A DNA stretch of 64,000 bases from an uncultured delta proteobacterium (GTDB taxonomy: Bacteria > Desulfobacterota > Binatia > UBA9968), in contig CAVSLC010000028.1 in the NCBI GenBank assembly GCA_963728565.1, positions 32,001 through 96,000 on the forward strand, written 5' to 3'. Position 1 is the first letter of the stretch, and each line of letters opens with the position of its first letter. The notes under the pieces were generated by a model. The model saw only the letters and a list, made by a program, of their open reading frames with translations, had not been told where the DNA came from and did no database searches. Shown here piece after piece: positions 22,031 to 32,324 of this stretch. A program made the translations under genes and the position numbers.

Positions 22031-22089
22031 GCGGTTGACGATTTGGCACACGGCCGAATCCCCGGCCGCGTAATCATCACATCCGCTAA
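22031..22089 (+). repeat. Isolated copy of the 3' end of the Zn-ADH gene (16325-16384)
   Basis: 37/40 identical over the first 40 nt; AVDDLAHGRIPGRVIIT vs AVDDLEHGRILGRAIIT. Confidence 0.8.
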
Positions 22090-22180
22090 ACCGCATCGCA
22101 CGAATCGTTGGCTACAGTTTAGTGCCATGATTCGCGTGCAAGACCCGATCGGCGTCCGCCCCTTCGCTCACCCTCTGGCC

Positions 22181-23329
22181 TTACTCATTACTAACAGTGA
22201 GCCCGTAAAAACGCGCTGTGTTATCGACGAGCAGCTTTCGCTTGCTCGCCTGGCTGATATCTTCCCGCTCGAGAAAGACATCGACCGCGCCGTAGAGCCG
22301 ATCGCCGTGCGGGATGTCGGAGCCGTACACCCAGCACTGGTCGCCGAACTCTTCGATGGCGAAGGGCAGGAGTTTTTCGTCAACCTCGAAGCCAAAGTAA
22401 ATCTGGCCGCGCTCGATGTATTCTTTGGGGAGATGCTTACCGGTATAGCCGCGGTGAAAATCGACTCCGGCACGCGCGCCGGGAAAGCCGCTGTATTCTT
22501 CTATACGCTCCGCCAGCGCCGGGACCCAGGAGCAACCCGCTTCGAGAAACGCAATCCGCAAATTCGGATAGCGATCGGCGATCCCTTTCGAGATCACGCG
22601 GTGAAAGGCGAACTGCACGGTCAGCCAAAAGGAGATTGCCGTCTTGTCGTGGTGCGTGTCGTTCACCTCGCCCAGCGCGCGAAAGCTGTGTCCGGTATGC
22701 ACCGCTACCGGAAGCTCGTTGTCGTTGGCAGCGGCCCAGATCGGCTCCATCGGCGGATCGTCGATGCGCACGTCGCCGGTAACGCCGAGCAGCATCACGG
22801 CCACCGCTCCCAGCTCCTTGCCGCGCTCGATTTCGCGAACCGATGCCTGCGGATCGACCGGATCGATTATCGTGACCCACTTTAAACGGTCGGGACATTG
22901 GCTGGCGAGATCGGCCACCCAGCTGTTGTAGGCGCGCATCATCGCCACCGCCAGCTGCCGATCATAGGTGATTGGATAGGAGAGAAACATCGTCGGATAG
23001 ATCACCTGAACTGCGGTATTCTCCCGATCCAATTGTTCAAGACGAGCTTTGACCGAGCGCATCTCAGCGCTTTCGACCGGATCATAAGGACTGATCCCCG
23101 GAGTGACTTTCGCCGCCAGGCCGTTCTTGCTCAATGGAAAGCCGGCCTGCTGGTAAGGCCCGCTGCGCACGGGAAAGGAGCGGGTATCGATCATCCAGTA
23201 GAGCGGGCCGTCCGGGCCGGTCTCGATGATGGTGGGTCTTCGGTCCTTCAGTTTAGGGTCCCAGTATTTGTCCGAAAACGTGACCTCCGATTCCGATACA
23301 TGTCCATCCGCGTCCCACGCCTTAATCAT
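22181..23329 (-). CDS. Amidohydrolase_2 family protein
   Basis: DADGHVSE, AVHTGH, FLEAGCSW, YGSDIPHGD, NTARFY. Confidence 0.9.
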   Translation of the reverse strand: MIKAWDADGHVSESEVTFSDKYWDPKLKDRRPTIIETGPDGPLYWMIDTRSFPVRSGPYQQAGFPLSKNGLAAKVTPGISPYDPVESAEMRSVKARLEQLDRENTAVQVIYPTMFLSYPITYDRQLAVAMMRAYNSWVADLASQCPDRLKWVTIIDPVDPQASVREIERGKELGAVAVMLLGVTGDVRIDDPPMEPIWAAANDNELPVAVHTGHSFRALGEVNDTHHDKTAISFWLTVQFAFHRVISKGIADRYPNLRIAFLEAGCSWVPALAERIEEYSGFPGARAGVDFHRGYTGKHLPKEYIERGQIYFGFEVDEKLLPFAIEEFGDQCWVYGSDIPHGDRLYGAVDVFLEREDISQASKRKLLVDNTARFYGLTVSNE

Positions 23330-23736
23330 GTGTGCGCCTCTTCATCCAAAATTGATCCTCCCATTCACTGCAGAAACATTTCTATGCTAGCTGTACAACC
23401 CGCGCCCGTTTGGCTCAAGCTTTCCGAAGTGACAAGATTCGCGATGATATCACTACACCTGGTTGACCGCCCGCCGCTCCAGAAGCTGTTTCCAACAGCA
23501 ACGCTATGCGTAGTATCGCGAGCGGAATGAACGATGCTTGAATCATTCACCTCGAGCGTCTTTCCGGTTCGAGCACGGCAATTTCTCGAATTAACAACGT
23601 AGGATACCAAAGACATCGCTTAATCGCTTAGAAGTTGATTCAAGGCTGAACAGCGTTGGCTAAGTAAAAAGATGCCGCGAGCAAACCGTCATTCTCTCCC
23701 TAAGCGTTGACACTATCGCTCGTCAATACAGAGGCA

Positions 23737-23808
23737 GTTCCAGTTGTTCCAAATGTTCCAATTCTTGTAGTCCTTCAATGGTTGCGCTCGATTCAAGCCG
23801 TTGAAGGG
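23737..23808. repeat. Repeat family B copy
   Basis: GTTCCA x3 at 9-nt spacing then TGCGCTCGATTCAAGCCGTTGA; inverted match at 30150-30204. Confidence 0.65.
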
Positions 23809-24578
23809 ATCGAGAATCCATTCTTCAGCAGCGATCGCCGTTGGGAATTTGGCGTTGGGTCGAGCCGTAAAAACCAGTCCCGGCAGCAAAGCGGCGTATC
23901 GCGCAATTGAACAGATCGATGGAGCGTATGCAATGTGGGGACACGATGAGGCTCACGATCTGACTTATCACCGAAAGTGAGCCGCTAGACTAGAAAACAC
24001 TGTATGGTGGGACTAAAATGGCCGCAACTGCCGAGACATAGCGCGCGCCGGGTAAGGTCGTGTTCCCGCCGAAGGCTGAAGCATCTACAAACCGAGGCTG
24101 TCGAATTCTCTAACCTGTCAAAGAAGAAACGCACCCAAATTGACGCTCACCCGCACGGAGATGAGAACTATGTGTGTCTCAAACCTGAGCTTCTGACTCG
24201 GGTCCAGTTCACTCAGTGACTCCGGAGGCACTCACGGGACTCGAAGTTTTGCGGCGTTTGTGAGATAGGAGCCTCACGAGCTGGCGGGTATGATTAATTG
24301 TGGCTGAAAAAGCTGGAGTCAATAAAGCGAACCCCTTCGGAAACCTCTTTCAGAGTTCAGGCCTCCTGCAGTAGGCGCGATTCGTTTGATAGCTCCATTA
24401 GATCACCAAACTTAGCGAATTTAGATCTCGGCCCATCTTCACTGCGAAACAGGAGATATAGACTGCTACCGAGCAAAGATTCGCGTCCTCATCATACACA
24501 CCGAACTCGTCTTCAAGTTCCTTACCATACACCTTCAAACTCTATGAGCGGGAATCTCCACAAGTCACGACGAGGTTC

Positions 24579-24929
24579 CTACGATAAGGTCAGGAATCCG
24601 CGTTGCTGTACGTCTTCAGCCTTTGCCGGCTGCCGGTTCGCGATCTCATTAGCCATGCTGGCAAAGAAGATCGCGAAGAAGATCAGAACATTGACTAGTA
24701 TCAGCCCTCTGGCGACATAGCCCCAGATAAGATGCCTAACATTGAAGGCGCATCTCCAGACGCCATACAGTGACCAAAGGAAGGGGATCAGCAAAATGAG
24801 AAGCAGCTGCTCGCCTCCGGCCCCAGCTTTGTCAGCTAGTTTGATCGCAAAAGCAATTGGAAAGAAAATAAACCAGTAGGTCATGAACAAACTCGCCTTG
24901 CCGGTCGAAACTTTCGAAATGATATTCAT
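24579..24929 (-). CDS. Hypothetical membrane protein
   Basis: GGAG RBS, three hydrophobic segments; no family recognised. Confidence 0.55.
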   Translation of the reverse strand: MNIISKVSTGKASLFMTYWFIFFPIAFAIKLADKAGAGGEQLLLILLIPFLWSLYGVWRCAFNVRHLIWGYVARGLILVNVLIFFAIFFASMANEIANRQPAKAEDVQQRGFLTLS

Positions 24930-24939
24930 GTTGTATCTC

Positions 24940-25200
24940 CTATGGGAGCATTATCGTTGAGCCTGTCGCTCGGTTCATTAGAGCACTGAGCATGCCCGTT
25001 ACGTTTGTTGATATTTGTCTAAGAGCGCTCCCTCTCTTCATCAATACCGCCGACGAGTAAACCCGATGAGCGAGATCGCTCTGAGTTTGCAGGCAAAGGT
25101 GCCGTTCGCGCCTCCAGCGATAAAACTCCCACATTTTCCGAATTTCTCCAGGGTATTGGCTGCCCGATTGCGAGATAGCTCTCGCCTCTACGAACCACGA
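24940..25200 (-). pseudogene. Possible decayed four-helix-bundle protein gene
   Basis: LQTQSDLAHR...NVTGMLSAL resembles the family C-terminus; heavily degenerate. Confidence 0.3.
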
Positions 25201-25559
25201 CGATAGATCTCAGCTTGTAACTACATCAGGATTTCATCGATGAGGGCACCGCTTTCTTCATGATAGTCAAGTTGGGAAACAATCGTCTGCCCAACTGTTC
25301 CAAGCCCCCCGGTGCGTCCAATCGATAAGACAAGGAGATCTTGCCAGTTACACATCGGCAAAGGGAACCAATCTTGTTCGTCTCGTGTTCATTAAGTACG
25401 AGCCGAAACGCGACAATGACCTCCCGTGTCAATCGAAGTGACGGTTTTGACATCGGTTTGTCATGGTCTGAAAATAGCAGTAATTTCGCAATTCTTGCAG
25501 CGTTTCATCATTTTACAGTAGACAAACAGCAATGTTTGAAAACTGAAGGGAGTCGATAG

Positions 25560-26063
25560 ATGCTAGCAGGTTTATACCCGCTGCATGTTGCGCGGAATCC
25601 TTTGCCTAAGTTGCTCCGTTCCTCAGGCCAAGCTGCTGTCGAGTTTACCCTCACATTCCTAATTCTACTGATCGTGGCCTGGATACCGGCAGATTTTGGG
25701 CTTGCGTTCTATACTGGGCAGCTTGCTCAGAACGCGGCACGTGAAGGCGCGAGAATTGCCGCAGCCGATCCGACACTCGTAAGCGGAACGGCAAGCTGCG
25801 TCATGCCTTCTTGTACGGAGAATATCTTCAAGGAAACGGCAGCCAGGCTTTCCTCAGCGCTCCTTCCGGCCGCGACGATCACCCTGGATTTAGATCCTAA
25901 TACCGGCACAAACTGTAACCGCATGGTGACGGTCACGGTATCCGGGACTTACAATTTTTTCTTCTATAAGCTCCTACGGTGGTTCGGGGCTTCAGGAAAT
26001 CTAAGCGATACACCAATAACCCGTCAAACGCGTATGCGGTGGGAGGCTCAGGCGGGGTGCTAA
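25560..26063 (+). CDS. tadE: TadE-like minor pilin
   Basis: Prepilin site G|QAAVEF, hydrophobic helix, AAREGAR motif; four Cys. Confidence 0.88.
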   Translation: MLAGLYPLHVARNPLPKLLRSSGQAAVEFTLTFLILLIVAWIPADFGLAFYTGQLAQNAAREGARIAAADPTLVSGTASCVMPSCTENIFKETAARLSSALLPAATITLDLDPNTGTNCNRMVTVTVSGTYNFFFYKLLRWFGASGNLSDTPITRQTRMRWEAQAGC

Positions 26064-26106
26064 TCTGGGCTGCCAATGATCGGTCCGCACAGATAGGAGG
26101 TAAATC

Positions 26107-26625
26107 ATGAACTCAGTCGGCGAAACCAAAGTGCAGCGAAACAATGAAAGCGGTCAGAGCATCGTCGAGATCGCGCTCATAATTCCGCTTATACTCATTG
26201 CGCTTTATATCCCCGTTGACTTCGGCATTTCTTTTTTCGTAGCGAATCTTACGCAGACTGCGGCTCGGGAGGGAGCACGAGTTGGTAGCGGACTTCAAAA
26301 AAGTGGGGCGAGTACAAACCTAGTCTTCAGTTCCGCAGAAGCAAATACCGTGAAAACAGAGGTTCTGAGCCGATTACCGAGCTATCTAACGAACAAAACC
26401 GTGACGGTGACTTTTTACAGAGGCACGGGCTGTATGGAATTTCTCGAGGTGACGGCACAAGGTCAGTATAACTTTTTCATGTATCAGCTATTAAGGTTGT
26501 TTGGCGGTGACGCTCCTGACTCCGCAATCATCTCGCGAACCACGCAGATGCACTACAAGTATCAGCCCTACGTGAATAACAATTACTGTACTAATGCGAC
26601 CACGTTCGGACCATATTCTGCCTAA
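26107..26625 (+). CDS. TadE/TadF-like minor pilin
   Basis: AGGAGG RBS; G|QSIVEIA, AAREGAR. Confidence 0.88.
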   Translation: MNSVGETKVQRNNESGQSIVEIALIIPLILIALYIPVDFGISFFVANLTQTAAREGARVGSGLQKSGASTNLVFSSAEANTVKTEVLSRLPSYLTNKTVTVTFYRGTGCMEFLEVTAQGQYNFFMYQLLRLFGGDAPDSAIISRTTQMHYKYQPYVNNNYCTNATTFGPYSA

Positions 26626-26638
26626 TTAGGGAGGTGCG

Positions 26639-27658
26639 ATGCAGACTGTAGAGAATGAACGAGGTTATGCGATTATTTTCGTAACCGTCATGATTGTTCT
26701 GCTCCTGATCATGATCGGCATGGCGTTAGATAGCGGGCACCTCGCATACGTCAGATCACAGGGGCAGCCGGCAGTGGATGCGGCGGCTCTGGCGGCGGCT
26801 TCCGCAATACCAAGCGGAAATTGGTCAACCGTTACTAATCGGGCGGCCAAGTTTAATCCGGGCGGGAGTAATCCTGGTACCGGCAACAATTATCTAGACA
26901 GTCCTAATAATGCGATTGATCAGCAAAACGTGACGCTGGTGAAGTATGACAATGCGACTGGGGAATTTACCACCTCCGGGGTCAGCATCGCTAATGCTAA
27001 TGGAGCGCGCGTCGCGTTGGAAAACAAGAACCCTCACGGCGGCTCTGCGGGAGAAGCGATGAAGTCTCCATTGTTCTTGACGCCTCTGCTCAATCTATTC
27101 GGTCAAACCACAGAAGGCACTGCTAACGTGAGCGTCAGCGCGGTTGCTGTCAACCAGGCCCTTCCAGCACTACCAATTGTCGTCGTGGAAAGTGCCTGCG
27201 GTATGGATACAACGCTTGACTTACGGACGGGAGGTAAAGGAAATGCCGGCTGGGAAACTTACCAAATTGAGAACGCAAGCACAGATGAGGTCCGTGCCCT
27301 ATTTGAGAAGCTGCCCCAGTGCGCCGGCCAGCCGGCGATCGATGTCGGCTACTGTGGAAATATCGCCAATGGGGTGAACGCAACGATCTTTAATGAGCAC
27401 CTAAAGCCTATGTTCAAAGCTGACCCCAACCGGTGTTACTTAATTCCAGTAATCAAGAATGGCGGCAACTTGAACCAGTGCCAGATGATCACAGATTGGG
27501 CACGTTTCTGCCCCGATAAGGGGAATAACACAGCAGACGCATTCCCCGGGCAGGGTCAGCTCAAGGGCAGAGTTACTTGCGGCCAGAGTGTTCACGAGTC
27601 ACGGGATAGCCAATGTTTTGTTCAACGCCTGGTGCGAGATAAAACGTCAGGTATGTAA
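26639..27658 (+). CDS. tadG: TadG-like pilus protein with Cys-rich C-terminal domain
   Basis: ERG + hydrophobic helix + ALDSG...QPAVDAAALAAA (Tad N-terminal signature). Confidence 0.85.
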   Translation: MQTVENERGYAIIFVTVMIVLLLIMIGMALDSGHLAYVRSQGQPAVDAAALAAASAIPSGNWSTVTNRAAKFNPGGSNPGTGNNYLDSPNNAIDQQNVTLVKYDNATGEFTTSGVSIANANGARVALENKNPHGGSAGEAMKSPLFLTPLLNLFGQTTEGTANVSVSAVAVNQALPALPIVVVESACGMDTTLDLRTGGKGNAGWETYQIENASTDEVRALFEKLPQCAGQPAIDVGYCGNIANGVNATIFNEHLKPMFKADPNRCYLIPVIKNGGNLNQCQMITDWARFCPDKGNNTADAFPGQGQLKGRVTCGQSVHESRDSQCFVQRLVRDKTSGM

Positions 27659-27688
27659 GGATTCACGGGCGATTGTGGTCGGGGGTCA

Positions 27689-28281
27689 CTCATTAAAAGC
27701 TTGTCAAGCTCTCGTTTAGATGTACCTCTTCACGGGAGGCGTGGGGTTAGTCTAATCACCCACACTGCCGTTGTTTGCGACCAGAGTTCTGTTCGGTCTC
27801 GGTCGACAATTCGGTCAGTCACTCATCCGTGCTCTTCGGCACATTATTGAATTCGACTCTGGTCTCCTAATCAAATCTTCGGATCTCCGGTTTAGGCCGG
27901 GACCATGACCCCAGGAGGATGACCAGAGACGTCGGTAACTTTTTTTCGCCCAGGTACAGCCATAAGTCGTTGCCGAGGTCTGTGACGCTTAAACGACTCA
28001 CTTCGCTTTAGCATGGCGTAAATGACATCGAAAAATAACTTTCCAACGCCGCTTGAGTCACAGGTACAGTAACCTTGCTGGTTGTCTTTCCCTGTCGATC
28101 TTTCTTTACCACCACGGCCTTGCGCTTCCTCAGGTCCACTCCTACATACTCTTTCATGCTGCACCTCCTTTAGGCTTAGGCGACTCCTCACAGAATCAGC
28201 CTGGTATAATGTTGGTCCATTAGAGATCGTCACCGCCCATTTGCGAGGTGCAGCTCACATCCCTAGCTTTTCATTTAATCA
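27689..28281 (-). mobile_element. Internally deleted IS1111-type (IS110 family) element, 593 bp
   Basis: AAGGAGG + MKEYVGVDLRKRKAVVVKKDRQG (28157, DEDD N-terminus) joined near 28030 to C-terminal VIYAMLK... (stop 27892); sub-terminal IRs ATGAAAAGCT (28274-28265) and AGCTTTTAAT (27701-27692), 7 and 3 nt from the ends; TTGACA at 27707-27702. Confidence 0.85.
27810..27930 (-). ncRNA. Putative bridge/seek RNA of the IS1111-type element
   Basis: Stem 27913-27928/27857-27868 encloses GGGGTCA (27912-27906) and AAGATTTGA (27879-27871), matching both strands of the insertion site; GTGC-CGAAGA-GCAC hairpin followed by ATGAGTGA (27826-27819) matching the circle junction; boundaries approximate. Confidence 0.7.
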
Positions 28282-28302
28282 AGTCTTGCGGTGCCACCCT
28301 GT

Positions 28303-28720
28303 TCAAGTTGTTTGCTCGATCTGTTTGAGTCTGCGGCTCACCGTTTCATCGTGAACGCGCGAATGCGCGGCAATCTCATCAAGCCCGTACCTACGATCGT
28401 ATGCCTCGGCTATCGCTCTGTTTCCGCTTTGCAAATATCCGCGCCAGCGTCGGCTTGGCAGCTCTTAACTGTACCGCGGAAATTCTTTAAGATTCCGATT
28501 CGGAGCTGCGTGCTTCTCGATAATGATTCGCTCCCTAAATAGATCTCCCTTTTAGCTCTTCCTATGGCCGCCGCGCCGCTCCGTCTCTGACGAGTTCCGG
28601 GACTGCTTCCTCCGCTTGTGCCGTCACTTGCCGAATTGCGCGAGGATCCGATCGGTGCTTAGAATTCTTCCCGGGCCACTCAGCGGTCTCTCTGTAACTG
28701 CTCCATTTCCAACTCTGAGG
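28303..28720 (-). pseudogene. Decayed 3' half of a Y1 (RAYT-like) transposase with C-terminal HTH
   Basis: Fragments WKWSSYRETA, IYLGSES, EIAAHSRVHDETVSRRLKQIEQ across several frameshifts. Confidence 0.7.
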
Positions 28721-28737
28721 CTCCATATTCCACTCTC

Positions 28738-29745
28738 CTATCTGAACATTTCCCTGAACTTCTTGCTCCAGCTCTCCAGCTCTTCTTTACTCGGCAGCCG
28801 CATTACGACGATTTGATCGTCTTTCACATCTTTTTTGAACTTGTGGTCGGCCTCGGGGTGGAACACGTACTCGCCGTAATTGCCGAAGATGGTTTGCGCT
28901 TCAGGGCCAACAAAAAAATCCGTGAACAGGCGCGCCGCATTGGGGTGCGGCGCTTGCCGGTTGATCGCCACGAAGCTCAGCGAGGACAGGTATTTGTTCA
29001 TGCGCACGTACTCGATCGGTCCCGGATACTGGTATTTATCTTTGATGTAGCCGAGCGCAACCTGCACCTCTCCGGAAGTCAGCGGCTGGATCGTATCCGC
29101 AAGGCTCCGTCCGACCCGCGGATCGTTTTTCGCCCAGCCTTCAACGACCTGCAGCCATTTCGGGCCGATGAGCTTGTCGAGATTGAGAACGAACTGCAGT
29201 GTGGTCACGTGGATCCCAGGATTGGCCATGCCGAACTTGCCCTTCCACTTGGGATCGACCATTTCTTCCCAGGTCTTCGGCGCCTCCGATGTTTTCAAGA
29301 GCTGATGGTTGAAGTTGATGCCGTATGGGAGCACGCGCCAGGGCGTCATCTTTTTGTCCGCGTCGAGAAACTGCTTGGGATAGCCTTTTGCCGCTGGTGG
29401 CTCGAATACAGCAAAGAGATTTTTCTCATCGAGGCTGGCCATGACGACTTCATTGCCGAGGGTCACGTCGAATCCTGGCTTGCCCGCCCGCGCCTCGGCT
29501 AGCGAACGATTGATCAGCTCAGTCGCGTCGCCGCGCCAGTGGCGCAATTTGACGCCGTATTTCTTCTCGAAGGCGTCGCCGATGGCTTTCGCTGAACTGA
29601 CGGTGATGGCGCCGTAGAACATCACCTCGCCTTCCTTCTTCGCCGCTTCGATCAGCTCCGGGGTGATCTGCGCCACAAGGGTGATAGGTAACGTAAAAAC
29701 AAGCACGGCGATGGTCAGCGCCGCCCGCAAAACACGGTGCAACAT
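28738..29745 (-). CDS. Extracellular solute-binding protein
   Basis: AAKKEGEVMFY, APKTWEEMVDPKWKG, APHPNAARLF; GAGGAGG RBS. Confidence 0.88.
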   Translation of the reverse strand: MLHRVLRAALTIAVLVFTLPITLVAQITPELIEAAKKEGEVMFYGAITVSSAKAIGDAFEKKYGVKLRHWRGDATELINRSLAEARAGKPGFDVTLGNEVVMASLDEKNLFAVFEPPAAKGYPKQFLDADKKMTPWRVLPYGINFNHQLLKTSEAPKTWEEMVDPKWKGKFGMANPGIHVTTLQFVLNLDKLIGPKWLQVVEGWAKNDPRVGRSLADTIQPLTSGEVQVALGYIKDKYQYPGPIEYVRMNKYLSSLSFVAINRQAPHPNAARLFTDFFVGPEAQTIFGNYGEYVFHPEADHKFKKDVKDDQIVVMRLPSKEELESWSKKFREMFR

Positions 29746-29864
29746 TCTCTCCTCCTCAAGGGTTTGACCTCTTGTATCGCCGATGGTTTAGCGAATCAAC
29801 GTAGCTCACTGCCTTGAGTCCCTGACTGAACTACGCCAACTCATGAATGGGAGCAGCGGCTGCC

Positions 29865-29980
29865 GGGGCCGGTCCTGCGATACCACATTGTTCAATTCCT
29901 GTGCTCGATGTTTGAGCCTGCGGCTCACTGTAGTTTAATGAAATCCAAAGGGGCGGCAATCTCATGAAGGCGGCGATCGT
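29865..29980 (-). pseudogene. Second remnant of the Y1-transposase 3' end with its uninterrupted terminal motif
   Basis: Aligns with 28282-28385 (EIAAP...TVSRRLK); begins GGGGCCGGTCCTGCGATACCACATTGTTCAA. Confidence 0.7.
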
Positions 29981-30257
29981 CGCCCTTCAAGGAGGCAAGC
30001 AAGTGACTCGGCCCGCTACCTAGAGATGATGTATATCGCCGAGGCGCGCCATCGTGCCATTTCGTTTAATGCGTTTCTTTGCTTCGAATACCCAATGAAA
30101 ACACCGGCGACGAGCGCGCGGTGCGAATAGTCTTCGGCTATCGCTTCCGTCCTCAACGGCTTGAATAGAGCGCAGCGGTTTGACGTTTGCAACGATTGGA
30201 ACTGACTCCTAGAGCATCCCTCAGCAAGGCCATTTTGGCGCAAAGGCGGAAGTTACG

Positions 30258-30676
30258 TTGAACGTTTTTTTCGATTCCTCCGCCCTCGCTAAACGATACA
30301 TCGAAGAGAAGGAGAGCGATCCGGTTCAAGCCATACTCTCTTCTGCTGCAGCGTTAGCCTTCTCGGTCATCTGGGTTCCGGAAATCGTCTCCGCTCTGTG
30401 CTGCCTTCGGCACGAACGCAAACTTTCAACGGAAGAGTACCGAAATGCGAAGGCATCGGTTCTTACGGATGTCGATGACGCAACTGTGGTTGGCATTACT
30501 GAGGAAGTGATCGCTCACGGCGTGGCACTGCTCGAGCAGTTCTCGTCCGTAGCGCCGATGCGTTACATATCGCCTGTGCCTCGGAAAGGGCGATTGACCC
30601 ATTCGTTTCTGCCGACGACGGTCAGGGTAAAGCCGCGAGACGGCGCGGTCTGAGAGTCGAAGAAATAGGAGTATAG
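30258..30676 (+). pseudogene. VapC/PIN toxin, frameshift near 30545; antitoxin reduced to a short tail
   Basis: VFFDSSALAKRYIEE; shifted frame RSADALHIACA...FVSADDGQ; upstream SLSKAILAQRRKLR fragment follows a family-B repeat (30150-30204). Confidence 0.75.
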
Positions 30677-31169
30677 CCCAGTGGCCAACCCGAGCCGGCG
30701 CTAAATCGACCAGTTCTACTGGCAGTCCAGCCACACGTCCTCGCTGGGTATTTAGTAGTGCTCCGCTGTGCAATTCGCGGTTGAGTCTAGGAAAATCCCT
30801 GATCACTATCTCCTGAAATTTTTTAGAGATCCCGGGACATCAGGCTACCAAACCAGGTTGTATAGATTGTGGCGTAGCGAGTCTGCTCGCGAACGTCTCT
30901 GCCGAACTCCACGGTAATAGGATGCCCGTCGGTGTGATTGGCCACGTAAACCAGATTGGCAAAACGCGTGGCTGGTGAGAAATCGGATTGGCCGCAGCAA
31001 GAATCACCTGAACAATTTCTTTTCAAGCATCTGGTCTCATCTCGGTCCCAGAGAAGTTGAACGGAAGACACACCAGGGTCTACCATCCGTAGACCCTGTC
31101 CTGCTGCTCCACGACTTGCCGTGCTATATTCGTTTCACAAACCGAGGGAGCGATGGCCGCCGAGACTAT

Positions 31170-32234
31170 CTATCGGGGAGGAAGCGGACCGGCGCCGGAG
31201 AGCTTCTTCACCAATTCGTTGACCTCCGGATCGCGCGGAATCACTCGGATTCTTCTTTCCAGCTCCTCGGCAGACAGAAAAAGCAGATCTTCATTGAAAA
31301 GCTTTTTGTAATCACGGGCCAAGTCAGGGTCGGCGAACATTTTTTGCATTGACTGCTTTAGGATATTTACCCGATCCTGCGGGGTCCCCGGCGGAAATAC
31401 GTACGGCGCACCTGAGCTTCTAAAAGCGCGAAACACCTCCAGAAGCTTGTCTTCGATAGGTGATTTGACGAAACTCTGGAGCGGCCGCAGGCTGGCAAAG
31501 CGGGGATGGGGATGCTTGACTCCCTTCGGAATCTCCACGATGGTGTGGAAATCCATCAAATTCTTCTCCAACCAATCGGGATTCCGGAGCAACACGGTGG
31601 TTGTGAGATTTGACCTTGCGTCGATCTCTCCACGCAATAACGCGACGTCGACTTCAGGGCCTTGGTAACCGCTCACGAACTTGGGCTCCTTTAAACCCAT
31701 CAGGTACGCGAAAAACCGGCCCGCAATATAGCCGGAATGCCCCACATTCTGTGCGCCGAACCTGATACCCTGAGTGGCTAAAACCTTTTCTAGAGTATCC
31801 AAGCCGAGCTCTTTCCGAGTATAGAAAACTTGATGGTTGATGTAGTCGAGCGCCCCGAGGTAAACAAATTTATCGATGTCGTACAGGATGCCGGTTTCAC
31901 CGAGGAGGTTCTGCGAGACGATGGTGGCGCTCATGGACCCCAGCGTGAGCCCGTCCGGCCGGGCTGTTCGGAACATGTAATTCGCCGCCTTCCGACCGCC
32001 GCCCCCTTCCATGTACTCGACGACCACCGTCGGATTCCCGGGAATATATTTGCTCAGGTACGGAGTCATCGTCCGCAGACGCACCGCCGTTGCGCCCGCA
32101 GCGTCGGTTCCAAGCACGACAGTGAGCGTCTTACCCTTGTAGAATTGCGCCTGGGCAAGCGCCGCCGTAGGTAAAAAAGCCAACAGTGCCAGCGATGCTG
32201 CCAGAGCCAGTGCAGCATTCTTAGTACGTTTCAT
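31170..32234 (-). CDS. TctC/Bug-like tripartite tricarboxylate transporter substrate-binding protein
   Basis: FYKGKT, IPGNPTVVVEYMEGGGG, PDGLT, PPGTPQDRV. Confidence 0.85.
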   Translation of the reverse strand: MKRTKNAALALAASLALLAFLPTAALAQAQFYKGKTLTVVLGTDAAGATAVRLRTMTPYLSKYIPGNPTVVVEYMEGGGGRKAANYMFRTARPDGLTLGSMSATIVSQNLLGETGILYDIDKFVYLGALDYINHQVFYTRKELGLDTLEKVLATQGIRFGAQNVGHSGYIAGRFFAYLMGLKEPKFVSGYQGPEVDVALLRGEIDARSNLTTTVLLRNPDWLEKNLMDFHTIVEIPKGVKHPHPRFASLRPLQSFVKSPIEDKLLEVFRAFRSSGAPYVFPPGTPQDRVNILKQSMQKMFADPDLARDYKKLFNEDLLFLSAEELERRIRVIPRDPEVNELVKKLSGAGPLPPR

Positions 32235-32324
32235 TTAACGCCTCCTTGATAAATATTCGATCTTCACGCTGGGAACAATTAATTTAAGTCTTCATTCGGT
32301 TATCCGAAGCCATGGATTTCGGCT

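Noticed and set aside
25560-27658. Diversity-generating retroelement acting on TadG
   Set aside because: No reverse transcriptase and no TR/VR pair with adenine-specific differences; the four-helix-bundle remnant is weak.
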